Of a stretch of DNA of 64,000 bases, positions 48,528 to 60,918 are shown in pieces (the first letter of the stretch is position 1; each line of letters opens with the position of its first letter). The stretch lies in NCBI GenBank assembly GCA_973895155.1, contig OZ316899.1, positions 5,645,241 through 5,709,240 of the forward strand. Direction: 5' to 3'. The position numbers were made by a program, and so were the translations under genes. The notes under the pieces are model-generated. The model saw nothing but the letters and a program-made list of their open reading frames with translations, did no database searches and was not told the origin of the DNA. Source of the stretch: Marsupella aquatica (taxonomy: Eukaryota; Plantae; Marchantiophyta).

Positions 48528-51500
48528 ATGGCAACCTATGCATCGGACCATGATGGGGGTAGGCATCATCGGCACAGATACCATCATCATCATAGGGGGA
48601 CGTATGATGAGTCGGATAGGCAAAGGGATGACTCGTGTGATGATGACGATGAGCATGGCGGTAGTTCTCACCAACATAGACACCATCATCGGCATAGGGG
48701 GAGTTCAACTTCATTGGGCTATAGGAGCAATGACGAGCGGCGGAGGAGGAGGGATGACGAGGGAGGGAGGAGGAGGGATGACTCATCCTATGAGGACCAT
48801 GGTGGGGGTACTTACACCCGACACAGAGATGACCATCATCATAGGGGGAGGGACGACCTGTCGGACCAGGAGAGAGATTACTCACCAGACATGTATGATC
48901 GATCTAGGCGTCACCGATCCAGGCGTCGTCGACGTAGACATCATTCCAAGGGTAGGAGAGGCCGGAGCCCCCATCATGCTGATGGATTTGGAGAGGCCAT
49001 GGCTGCTCTTCAGGGGATTGGGCCAGTTCGCAAGATGCCTTGCCCTTGCAGACGATGCAAGGGTGTTGTCTTACACGAGAGGACCACTGTCCTTAGCCAT
49101 TTAGGGTTCCATGGTCGTTACACCCCCCCGACCCGAGAGGTAATACAATTTTGTTGGGTATTGCAATTATGATAACATCTCCTTCCTTGAATTGTTTTTT
49201 GATTATCATATTCTGAACTTGTTTTGGTGAAAATGTGGAACAGATTCCTGTTGTAGTGCGATCTTCGCCTGTGGACCGCTTGAGAGACATTGCATATCGT
49301 GCACTCGCACCACTCGTCCATCCATCCGATTTGCCAGCCACATTGAGGGAGATAGACCGTGTATTGAGGAGGAGGAGGAGAGTGTTTAGGATGCACCCTA
49401 TTGAGAGGGGAGTAGTGGTGACCACTAGACCCCGATCGATTGAGTCCCGTCCACCTAGGATTGTTCCGCCCCAATGCCCTTTTCTTGATGCATCGGTGTC
49501 CCGGGCACCAAGACAGTTGCGAGGGAGAGCCTTGGACATCTTAAAGGACTCCTTCCCAGCCCAGTTTGGACTCCCTATGGACCTCCCGCTACGGGAGCCT
49601 ATTATAGTTTGGGACCGCCCATGGGTCATCCTCCCCTCCACATTGGGGACTCATGTAGGACTTGGAGTATTTGCTCTTGTGGATATCGTGGTCCCTACCG
49701 GTTGTGCACCCGATGATTTGCCTCAGTTGTTTCCATTCTATGGGCCCAAGTATTCGGCGGCGAGATGGCACATCTTGTCCCGACAGTGCCCAACCTTTAG
49801 TCGATATGGCATGTCACTAAAGTTGGACCCTAGGTATGCTCAAATTGATGGTTACCCACCTCGCACGGGGAACTTGGCGGGTTACATCAACAACACTATT
49901 GGTTCTCGGCGTTCAGGGTTTAGGCCAAACGCTGAGTGGCACGAGTTCCATGACCAGAGTCACCCTCGTTTGCCTGTAGCATGCACGCATTACATCTTGA
50001 CACATGCTACCCGCACCATTAGAGCAGGGGAAGAGATTCTCGTAGATTATGATTGGCATTGATGTTTACATGTGTACATGACATATTCATTATGGGGTGA
50101 CCCTTGCATTTTTCATTATTGATGTTTCACTGTAAGCTTTATCACGGAAACCCTTTCTCTAATTGTGATTTGTCATTGCATATTGAAAACTCTAGGATGG
50201 TGTACATATTACTCCCACACCTCACCCATCAATGATGACTACATCAGCCCGTGCCTTTCACGTACGTGCCACCTTACATTTCTCAGACGAGGAGGATGCT
50301 GAGGGTCAGCCCCTTGACCATGATGAGATGGACGATGAGGATGAGGAGTACCATGATGCATATGATGGAGAGTTGGATGACGATGGAGAGTTGGATGATG
50401 ATGTTGACGATGAGGGAGATGAGGGAGATGACCCTATCCTTGAAGAAGATGCCTTTGCCCACCTTGTTGACATTCACTTTGGACCTCATGCACCTGACGC
50501 CGAGCACCCTATCATGGAAGTGGATCAAGAAGATTGGGATCACTTGGAGACTGAAGCCAGAACACCACTATTTGAGGGATCTCCATCCTCACGGAAAGCT
50601 TGTCCTAAAATTATCACAACTCTGGAATTTCATCTAGTGAATATTGGGCAGTCTAAGTTGTAGTGCCAGGCATGCCATCTAGCTACTTGGACTAACTGCA
50701 AAAAGTCTGGTGTTTGTGGTTTTGCAAATCCAGGTTGGGTGCAACTTTGTTGATGTTGAATTTGCAAGGAGTTTTCAATGGTTCGGATGTCCATACAGAT
50801 GCACTCTTCCAATTGTTCCACGGAAAACTCTTGCCCCAACCAAACACTCTCCCTGGATGTATGAGGGAGGCTAAGAAGTTGTTAGCCTCAATTGGATTGG
50901 CTTTAGAGACTATCCACATGTGCCCAGGTGGGTGCATCTTGTATAGAGGGGTGTACAAGGATCACACTCACTGCCCAGAGGAGCACTGTAGGCTTCCACG
51001 GTATCGACCAGACACCATTGGAGACAAGATTGCAGAAAAGGTAATGTTTTCCTCAACGCAATGTGAGAACAAGAAAGTCCAACTTTTAACGTTGCATTCT
51101 TTCAAACAACGTCGTACATGACTATGTAATTGATTACTTTACGTCATCCATCTCACTTTATGTCTTTCCACCTGACGTTTTTTTGTTTTTACGTCGTATG
51201 GGATGCAATAACTAACGGTGCATGGTACATCGTATGTAAGAAACGTCGTCCTCCACGATGTTAGTTTTAATAATACGTAGTGTGGAAGGACGTTTAGTGT
51301 GATTGTCGTCAAATTGACGACGTTACATTGGATCTGGCAGGTTTTTTGTTATTTCCCAATCACTCCCCGACTTCAGCATCTCTACCGACGAAAGCACTTA
51401 TCCACACTACAGACTTGGCATGTGGAGAACAAATCCCCACCAGGGATAATGCAATACCACCAAGATAGTCCAGCGTGGAAGCACATTGATGCCACTTGGC

Positions 51501-54186
51501 CAAATTTTGCCCAGGAGCCAAGAAATGTTCGTTTGGGGTTGGCAGTCGATGGAGTGAACCCATATAAACAACGACGGAAGCCTAAGTCCATCTGGCTTGT
51601 TCTTTTGATAAATCAAAACATCCCTCCATGGTTGGCAATGAAGAAGGGTCATGTGCTTCTATTAGCTATAATTCCTGGACCCAAGGCCTGTAAGAATCCT
51701 GATATCTGTTTGGCTCAAGCTTATGAAGAGCTACATAATCTATGGGAGGTTGGAGCAGTGACAACAGATGTCACTCGTGAAGCAGGCAATGGCAGGACCT
51801 TCAATACGAGGGTGATGATCACTCATTGCACCACAGATGGTCCAGGTAATTCATTGGGCAACCCAATGACTATTGTTTGTACAATGTCATGTACAATGCA
51901 AGTGTTGGGGTCATTTGTGGTCTGAACATGGTTCAATGAAATGGCAGGTATGGGGACAATATCTTGCCTGAAGGTGGCAGGTTTTTCAGCTTGCCCTTCA
52001 TGTGGCCCAGAGTTGCGTGGGAGGTACTCAAGACTACTGCACAAAACCACATATGAGGGCAGTAGGGTCCGGTTGGCAATGGATGACCACTTGCGCGACA
52101 AAACACAACACATTGGGCAGAGACTGAAGTGCGACCATGTCCTAAAGGCCCTTCAGCTGAAGGACAAATTCAAATGGCAGAGAAGGTGGAAGCAAAGTTA
52201 CTGAAACCCAAGGATTGTGGAGTAAACCAACGCTCAGCTATGTGGGACTTGCCTTATTGGAGGGTAAGTGATAGAAGTGCATGGTTCCTTTACAGAAAAT
52301 TAGACCAATAAAATGCTTAATTTAGAGATTGCAACTGATTCAATATGTTATTTCAATTTCCAGAGACTCCAGGTTCGATGGTTGTTGGACCCCATGCACA
52401 TTGAAGTGAATGTTGCTAAGAACTTGGTGAAGCACATTTATGGGACGAATGACACTCGTGGAGTCCGAGAGGATGCTGAGAGGGTTGGAGTAGTGAAGAG
52501 TTGTTGGATAACACGTACTGGGGAGAAATCTCCTGGTCCTTGGATTTTGCCAAGAGAGGTTTTGAAGGACATGAATGGGATGATAAGCAAGATGAAGTTC
52601 CCTAGCCATTACGGAGCTGGTTTTCGTGGGTGCACTACAAGGAATGATCACATACCCCCAATAGGGTTGAAGTCTCATGATTATCACAAGTTGATACAAC
52701 ATGTGCTACCAGCAGTCTTGCGTTGTTGTGATGATTCCCGGGAGCGTTGTTTACGCCGTCTGACTCTACATGAGATGTGCTCCATTTTTAGGTATGATAA
52801 CGTACCCTCTCTTCCATTGCTCTCTTGCAAGTTCTTGTTACCGCTGGAGGAGCCATGTAATTCAACAAGTATTTCAAACTCATTTTTCTATGGCCCTATG
52901 TGGATCTGATATACAAAATCTTTGATGGTTTTGAAGAGGAACATAGGTGGGTATGCGCTAAGGAGATAAAGGAGTCTGAGATTCCTTTGATGAGGGAGAG
53001 GTCAGCTCGCGTGATGTGCAATATGGAGAAGGTGTTTCCCCCATGCATATTTGACATGCAATTGCATTTACTATGTCACTTGGTGGATGAGGTCGCGATT
53101 GCTGGTCCTGTCCATGCACGTTGGATGTATTGGGTAGAGCGCTTCATGAAAGTGCTCAAGTCCATGGTGCATCAACCAGCTCGACCAGAGGGAAGTATGG
53201 CAACGGGGTATATCATGTCGGAGTGCATCTTTTATTCCGGAGGGATGATAGGGAGTTTGGACACAGAAGCTCCCACAGCTTGGGAAGAGGCACAAGATGA
53301 TGACAATGGTGGGTTGCGTTTGATGGGTGCATCAAAAAAGCATTCACTACATGACGACATACTTCGCCTACAGATCCACAATTATGTGTTGGGAAATCGC
53401 CCAGAGATGTCTCAGTGGAGGGAGTTGCATAGGTACATATATGCAACTCTGTATATATGTTAATCTAACAGTAGACGTTGTTCTACATTCTATGTGTGTA
53501 GAAGTTAGAGTGGGTTCAAGGAGCACTTCTGTGGATGAGGTCGCAATATTCTCATGGATTCATACATTTTTTGCAGTGCATTCTTGGAGCAGCAACCGAT
53601 AGTTGCATGACGGTATGCATTATTTCGCGTATGGGCATTGGAGCGTATGGATAGGCTCCTTGCAGAGCATGGACCCTTATCCATTCCCATTGATGTACAG
53701 AACATCATTAGGGGACCAGGGTTGTGGGCAACGACCCATACACACATGTATGAGTCAGGGCACCACTTTCGCACTTGGAGGACAGATCACATGAAGAAGA
53801 GTACATGTAACTCAGGAGTGTTCATGTTGACAGACCCAGGTGATGTTGAGATTCCCTATTGTGGCACTATATTGGATATTTTAGACGTTCACTTTGGGTC
53901 ATTTACTACTATTGTGTTAGAGGTGCTGTGGCACAAATCCATCATGTCACCTCCACATAGAGCCACCATGGTGAAAGATGAGTGTGGGTTCTATCGGGTA
54001 GACACGACTCGTGTAGCACCATCCGGGATTGAGGTTAGTGACACTATAGTATTTCCTAGCCAGGTGGATCAGTGTATTATGGTTCCGATGCACACTATGA
54101 GAGGATGGTCCATCGTCATTCCCATCTTCCTACGATGGAGGAAGGGTTTGATGGCTTCAGTAATTGTAGATGATATGGATCCATGA
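48528..54186 (+). pseudogene. CACTA-2 TnpD-type transposase, multi-exon
   Basis: Exon 1 at 48528-49139 (H/R/D-rich plus CPCRRC..H..H) and exon 2 from 50196. Motifs IHMCPGGCILY, RNVRLGLAVDG, NIPPW, LDPMHIEVN, LKSHDYH, HARWMYWVERFM and KDECGF. Confidence 0.9.
49244..50062 (+). CDS. Intact SET/PR-like domain exon nested in CACTA-2 transposase intron 1
   Basis: GLGVFA..LFPFYG..IDGYPPRTGNLAGYINNT..PNAEW..ATRTIRAGEEILVDYDWH* covers SET motifs I-IV. CAG acceptor at 49241-49243 in phase 0, with no internal stop. Confidence 0.9.
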   Translation: MPVVVRSSPVDRLRDIAYRALAPLVHPSDLPATLREIDRVLRRRRRVFRMHPIERGVVVTTRPRSIESRPPRIVPPQCPFLDASVSRAPRQLRGRALDILKDSFPAQFGLPMDLPLREPIIVWDRPWVILPSTLGTHVGLGVFALVDIVVPTGCAPDDLPQLFPFYGPKYSAARWHILSRQCPTFSRYGMSLKLDPRYAQIDGYPPRTGNLAGYINNTIGSRRSGFRPNAEWHEFHDQSHPRLPVACTHYILTHATRTIRAGEEILVDYDWH

Positions 54187-54701
54187 CCATAAATGTATTC
54201 AGTGCATGTATATATTCGTTATGGCCACCTTCATGTGGGTTTGTAGCATCTGTGGGTAACGTCGTTGTATGACTATTACGTTCGGTAGACCAATGTATCT
54301 TCAAACTACGTCGTACCAGCCATACGTTAATTCCAATTAACGTCGTTTTATTGAGCCTTCAACGACGTTAATTTAGCCACGACCCAGTTTACGTTACTCC
54401 ACACGACGTTGATTCTCCACTTAAAATGACGTTAAACTAACTTACGTCGTTTTAGGGTACGTATTAAACCAAAGACGTCGTGTATTGCAACGTTACTATA
54501 TCCGCGCGACGTTAATGACAGTGGTGACATTAATTGGCACATGCATTCAAAATGAAAAACATGAGGGAGTCTTTATTCAGATTCAGTATGATATAGAGAT
54601 ACAAAGGTCCTACAAAGCACATTGCATGTCCACCACAAAGCGACTATAACCTAGCCGAATCACTAAATTGCCTCATCCATTGACATCCAGATTGTTGCTA
54701 C

Positions 54702-55412
54702 TTAAGGCGTTCCTTCACCAGACCAGTAGTACTCCTCATCTGCCTTCCTTCTTTTGTAAGAATCACGCCTCTGCCTCTGGTTCCATTTCTTTCGGATGAC
54801 CTCTTCCCCAGCCTTTAGCCTTTCAGCCTCAACCTCAGCTGCACAACTTTCCTTGTAATCATACAAGACAATGTGAAGCTCAGTCGGAGACAACTCACAT
54901 TTGGGCAATGTAGGTGGATATGCCTCCCCATCATCTGGGTTGGGCGCCTCATCCAACATTTGATCATCACCTGGATGCAGCAGGAAGTCTCCTGGATCCA
55001 ACTATTTGTTGGCCAGAATTGAGCACTCTACCCAACAGATAGAAATGAAATGAACTGTCTCTGCAAAGTGCTCAATAAATCCATGGTAGTCACTGAAGTG
55101 CTCAACAATTCTTTCCACATATAGGCCAGCAAGTAGTCTGTTTTTGAGGTACACAACTTCTCAATAACGCCTCCCCGACAAAAGAACCCACGGATAGTCT
55201 TGTCCTCTTCACCAAGTGGAAGGAAGCAACAATGCACATCCTTGAAGAACTTGCACACCATGATTGAATACTGAGTCTATCCCACACTGCAATTTCTCTG
55301 TACTCAGGAAGAGTGCATTCTCCAAAAATCACAAACGCAAGCCTACTTTGGTCTCAGCACTCTTAAACCAAAATCCTCCCGTAGAAAACCCAAGCTATAC
55401 TCGAGTCAACAT
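54702..55412 (-). pseudogene. Additional frameshifted ORF of unknown function in CACTA-2, convergent with TnpD
   Basis: Adjacent coding-like pieces at 55102-55332, 55028-55261 and 54702-55001 lie between two motif clusters. No domain recognised. Confidence 0.4.
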
Positions 55413-57843
55413 GGACTACTCCTCATTCAAGTCGTCCACACCAATGTACTTAACGTCTAACATGGCTTGATTCAATTGGAACATCCTACAGAGCAACGTT
55501 ACCACTTTAACGGCTCCCTCCACGACGTAAACATTGACGTCGTTATACCCTAAACACATTATGTCCTCTAATACAACGTTAATATTGAACGACGACCAAA
55601 GCGACATTTAGGACAGCTCATCCAGAGACGTTAATTTTAAACGTGTTTCCAGCGACGTTAAAATGGGGGCAATCGGCGCTTAGATTTCTCCGACGTTGCC
55701 GTTACATCGGACGTAGTTATAAACGTAGTCATGGAAGTCGTTAATTATATTAACGACGATTATGAGGAGGTATTGTTAGCATCCGACGCAACAAAATCTA
55801 GTTGTGAGTAGCACGCCAAGCACCCCGACCACCGCAACTCAGGTAAACCCCAACCCTGCTCCATCATAACCTACTCCCCTGCCTACTTTGTTTGGGACCA
55901 TTGTGAACAATGGGCCCCAACCACCCCCTCTTGTCGTAGAACCCCCGCTACCTCCAACGTAGCCACCACCAATTCCGCCACCTCCCATGTATACCATTCC
56001 TTCCCCTATACGGACTATGGAGGAAGCCGTAGCCCCAACCATGGAGGCACCTTGCCAAAGACTGTGGAGGAGTACTGAGTGCTTCCCAATACTTTAGCCA
56101 GCAGGTTGCGCATTACTTCCAACCGGCCTTCTTCATGTTAGATCACCACCCTAAACTTATGACCTGCTTGGAGGATGAACTCATGGCCAAGGGGAATGAG
56201 ATCGGGGGCCTCCAAATGACCATGGAGGTCTTGGAGACAACAACCACCACCCACCAAGGGGATTTAGTCTGCATCTTAGACCAGCGAGACAACTAAACCA
56301 AGAACTACTTAAGGTTCAAGCAAACCTTAAGGGAGTAGAGGCTATTGTAGCTCAGCTTGAGGAGGAGTTTGTGGCTCAAGTTAAGAGCCTGGCCGATCTA
56401 AATAACCAGTTTGTGCAGCCTGCTCAACAGGTGAATAACATCACTTCCAATCGGAATAAGTGGTTGGCATAGCATCAGGCCAACCTCAAAATGATCAGTC
56501 TCCTCAACATGGAGATGATGCACTTGCAGGCTGAGGTGTACAAAGTCTCCAACAAGGTAGGGGAGGCAGTTGGGGATAACCAAACCTTGCAAGATTGGGT
56601 TACTCTCTTGGTGAGCCAATGGGATGGGGCGGGAAACGCCTCTGACCAAGTTGGCTCGAGGTCCCGACCGGGGTCCCAATCTGACAAGGGGACAAACCTA
56701 GGGCCGGCAGCATAGCACGCGCAAGCGGTGGGTGGAGAAAGGGGTGGTGAGGCAGCCATGCAGTACAACATGGAGGCAGTGGCATCTTTTGGGCTAACTT
56801 TAGTGGCAGATTAGTTGTCATTAGGTGCTGGTTAGTAGTGCAATAGATAGGATTAGGACAACTCAGTTAGGACCCTTGGGCGTAGGATAGAAGTCAATCA
56901 ACATGTTGCAAGTGATTGACAATAAGACCTAGGGATTAGTATCATAGTCAACCGCCTCAGCCTGCTGATAGTCAACTGAGTCAGTAAGCTCATGGTCAAC
57001 TGCGTCTATTTTTGGAGGTTGCAACTAGTTAGGTATTTAGTCAGGGATTTCCGGGGGAAGTGGCATCTCATCCAACCCTTCGACAAGTAGTATTTAAGAC
57101 CCCCCTTCCAGTTGGAGGGGGGGCTATTGGTTTATTTTGGTAAAGCAAGCTTACATGGTGCATGGGGAGTCCCGGCCTAATTAGGATTAGAGAGCACTAT
57201 AAGGAGTGAGAACCAGAGTTGAGTTTGTTGGGCAAGCGCGAGATAGGGTCTTGTAGAGACTGGGGATCAACTGCCGTTAGGTCTGCTAGTCGCTTAGAAG
57301 TCAAGTCGACCATGTATATGTCACTTCTTTATCAGAGTAAACTTGGCCTTTCCCCCTGATCTTTGCAAGTAATTTGTGTATTGAGCATAACTTGTCTTTG
57401 ACAAAGGCGCCATTTCAAGGGATGTACCGAGTGTGGACTAATGGTTGGGATTGTGATAGCATGTATGCTAAGTACGTCGCAAGTTCTTGTTGTTGGCAAT
57501 GGCTTGAAAGTCCCCAAGCCGGGAGTTAGTCTGCGTCACTAAGTGTGGGTATGTTCTAGCGGTGGAATGCAAACATACCTATGATGTCCCTAGATACGTA
57601 AATGTATACATATATAGTCCAACTTGGACTAACCCGGGCCACTACTCCTCTCCTTGCCCAAAACCTCACCTTTATTGGTGGTCAATTGAGCCCTAGAGCG
57701 TTAACCCGGATTTATGGCCTGGGTTGTTGGCGCAACATTGAGTCAACCAAAAACACAACCTCAACCTCAACGAAAAGACCCAACATATTGGAAGGAGGTA
57801 TTGTGACGCCGCCAGCACGGCGGTTAATGAGTGATCCGGTCTA

Positions 57844-60493
57844 TCCGAGGTACTCCATTTTAGTGAAGGAGGAGATTGATCATCTCCTAGCCGCAAATTA
57901 ACATCATCTACCCAGTAATGGCCAGTGATTGGGTGTCCCCCATCATCATCGTGCCAAAGAAGGGTGGTATGGACGGGAAGCCCACAATTTGCATTTGCCA
58001 AGACTATCATAAACTCAATGACGCCACCCGAAAGGATCACTACCCGTTACCATTCACGGATATGGTTCTAGATATGGTAGCCCGTAATGAAATATATACA
58101 TTCCTTGATGGGTATTCAGGCTACAATCGAATCTGGATCCAACTTGCGGATCAGCTTAAAACAACCTTTACCACGGAGTGGGGGACGTTCGCATTTTGCA
58201 AAATGCCATTTGGTCTGTGTAACGCTCCGGCCATGTTCCAAAGACTCATGATGAATATCTTCTTCCATGATTTCCTACGGGAATTCCTGGAAATATTTAT
58301 AGATGACTTTGCCATCTTTGGAACCATCGCCATGCACCCAAACATCTACGCCGTACGCTCCAACGATGCAGAGAGGTAAATTTAAAGCTACATCCGACAA
58401 AAAGTTTTTTCGGAGTAGAGGAAGGGGTGTTACTCAAGCATCGTGTGTCTAAATGGGGTATCGAGGTAGACCAGGAGAGGGTTGCGGCATGGATGGCCGT
58501 TGTGTTCCCCGTGGATCAAAAAGCCGTACGATCGTTCTTGGGTTGCGTAGGGTACTATCGCCAATTCATCAAAGATTTTGCTAAAATTGCATTACCCCTA
58601 ACGGAGATGATGAAGAAGGATGCAGTGATCGAAGAGACACCCTGGAGACGTGTAGCTTTTGAAGAACTCTGGCGCCGACTCATCACGGCACCCATCATGG
58701 TAACCCCAGACTGGAATAAGGAATTCCATGTGTACGTCGATGTTTCAGGGTTTTGCATTGGGTTTGCATGAGGATGGTTGTGACCACCCCATATATTTTG
58801 CTAGTCGTCAGCTATTCACGGTTGAGAAAAATTATTCCCCCACCGATTGAGAAGCTCTAGGCATTATCTACTTGTGTAAGAAGTTCCAGCACTACCTGCT
58901 TGGATATAAAGTCATCTTTCATATGGATCATGATAGCTTGAAATATATGGTGAACAAAGCAGACGTCACAGGGCGGATAGCCAGGTGGGTATTGCTCTAT
59001 AGGAGTTTAACTACGAGGTGCAAGTTTGGCCATGGAAGGCACATCTCAACGTCGATTTCTTTTCAAGACTGGATGACGTACCCGTAGATCAGCCTATTAG
59101 TGATACTTTTCCAGATGAAGAATTATTCCACGTAGGGGCAGGTACGCCCATGTGGTATAGACCGCTTATTACCTTCCTCTTAACAGGCCGCATACCCGAT
59201 GGAATCAATCAGGAGGCCGTCGCCGTATTCTTACAAAAGGCCGGGTCGTATGTGATGATACGGGGCCACTTACACAAAGAGGGAGTTAATGAGAAGCTAC
59301 AACGTTGCCTTGAATACAAGGAAATGCTCATCATTATGCGGGCCCTGCACGAAGAAGAAGTTGGGGGTCATTTTGCGGCCATCACTACTGCTCATAAGAT
59401 CTTGGATTTGGGGTATTGGTGGCCGACATTACATCGGGATGTGCAACACTTTATTAAAGGGTGCGATTTATGTCAATGGGCTGGCGCCCTAAGAAAAGCC
59501 CACAATCAACCACTCACCTCCGTACTTCCACTTGCACCATTCGAGAAGTGGGGCATTGATTACATCGGGCCTTTCACTCCGGTTACCCAAAGACGCAGGT
59601 GCAGGTACACCCTACTAGCCATAGACTACTCCACCAAATGGGTGGAAGCACGGGCAACGATGAAGGATGATGCCGCTACCAGTGCCAAGTTCTTGTATGA
59701 GCAGATCTTCACTCGCTTCGGGCCCCCCTTGGAGTTAGTCAGCGATCGGGGAACGCATTTCATCAATGAGACCGTAGAATGCCTTACGGAGCAATACTTG
59801 GTCAAGCATTGCAAGACCACCCCGTACCATCCGAAGGCCAACGGACTGACGGAGAGGGAAAATGGCATCATTGGAAAGATCCTCAACAAAATAGTAGCAG
59901 CGCACAAAACAGATTGGGATGACAAATTATACGCCGCTGTGTACTCATCCAACTTGGCCTACAAGACTACTACCAGTCATAGTCCGTACTTTCTCGTGTT
60001 TGGACAACACTCATTGGTGCCGGTCAAGTTTGAAATTCACACACCACGGGTAAGTATTTGGGATCGCTTACCCGAGCCTGAAATTTCTTTGGACAGAGCT
60101 TACCAGATCAAAGCATTAGAGGAAGCCAGGGTACTAGCTGCCCGACATGCAGTGAAGCAACAAGCAGTTTCCAAGAAGTAGCACGATAAAAGACTACGGA
60201 AGATCGACGTCGTAATAGGCAACCTTGTCCTTCTGTACAATAGCAGGTACATGCAATTTATTGGGAAGCTGCATACTTGCTAGTTGGGACCTTTCCTTGT
60301 CAGTCAAATTTACCCAAATGGCTCCGTTGAGCTCGCAACGTACGTCGACAATTTACTTCCCATGCAAGTTAGTTACGATTGTGTGAAGAAGTACCATCAT
60401 CAAGATGATACCACCGATGGCGATGTTTGCGATGACGCTTCACAATTAAGTAGGGAGCTATGTGACGCCGCCAGCATGGCGGTTAATGAGTGA
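57844..60493 (+). pseudogene. Gypsy pol (RT, RNase H, integrase), degraded
   Basis: WVSPIIIVPKK, LDGYSGYN, FIDDF, GGHF..C..C, WGIDY, SDRGTHF, YHPKANG and GPF. Related to 40341-43329, with many frameshifts. Confidence 0.93.
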
Positions 60494-60918
60494 TCCGGTC
60501 TAACCTGTGCTTAGCACGCGCGCTAGGGACATAGTAGTCCGTAATAATTAGCATAACAACACTAAATAAGGTAGTAACCACAACTAGGACATTATTAGTC
60601 AATAAGGAGCATTTATGCTTGGGTTGGCGGCAGAGCACCATTCGTACTTCGGGTCACAAGCATGCACCCTCGGGTCCGTCTAACAAATTAAGGGGACGGC
60701 TCGCTGACACGCTCTGACCCGGACCTACAGAGTGGTTGGTACATTGCAAGCGTGAAAGGATCGGCCTATCAAAAGGAGGAAGGGACTGTTTGGCCAACAA
60801 GCCCTTAGGGTATAAAAGGTGGGCCATCCTCTTGTGAAGCACCACCACTTCACCCTTCACGCCAGCTTCGATCCCAACTTACTCGTTTGCTCCTCAGTCA
60901 CCCACCGCCGTTCCCTAG

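Larger units (their letters stand above)
45284..55806. mobile_element. CACTA-superfamily transposon 2 with CACAA termini, about 10.5 kb
   Basis: TIRs CACAACTACATT (45284) and AATCTAGTTGTG (ending 55806), with TSD AGT at 45281-45283 and 55807-55809. Subterminal (ACG)ACGTT clusters and a TnpD gene are present. Confidence 0.95.
44122..57801 (+). mobile_element. Old LTR-family sequence (44122-45283 and 55810-57801) interrupted by CACTA-2
   Basis: The left part is colinear with 12037-12658 plus 20854-21340. The right part has coiled-coil ORF remnants ending QWDG (as at 62709-63218) and a TATA-like box with a GC hairpin at ~57090-57125. Confidence 0.55.

Noticed and set aside
49235-50062. SET ORF as a host histone methyltransferase gene
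   Set aside because: It lies inside TIR/TSD-bounded CACTA-2, within the transposase gene, has a positional homolog in CACTA-1 and lacks host accessory domains.
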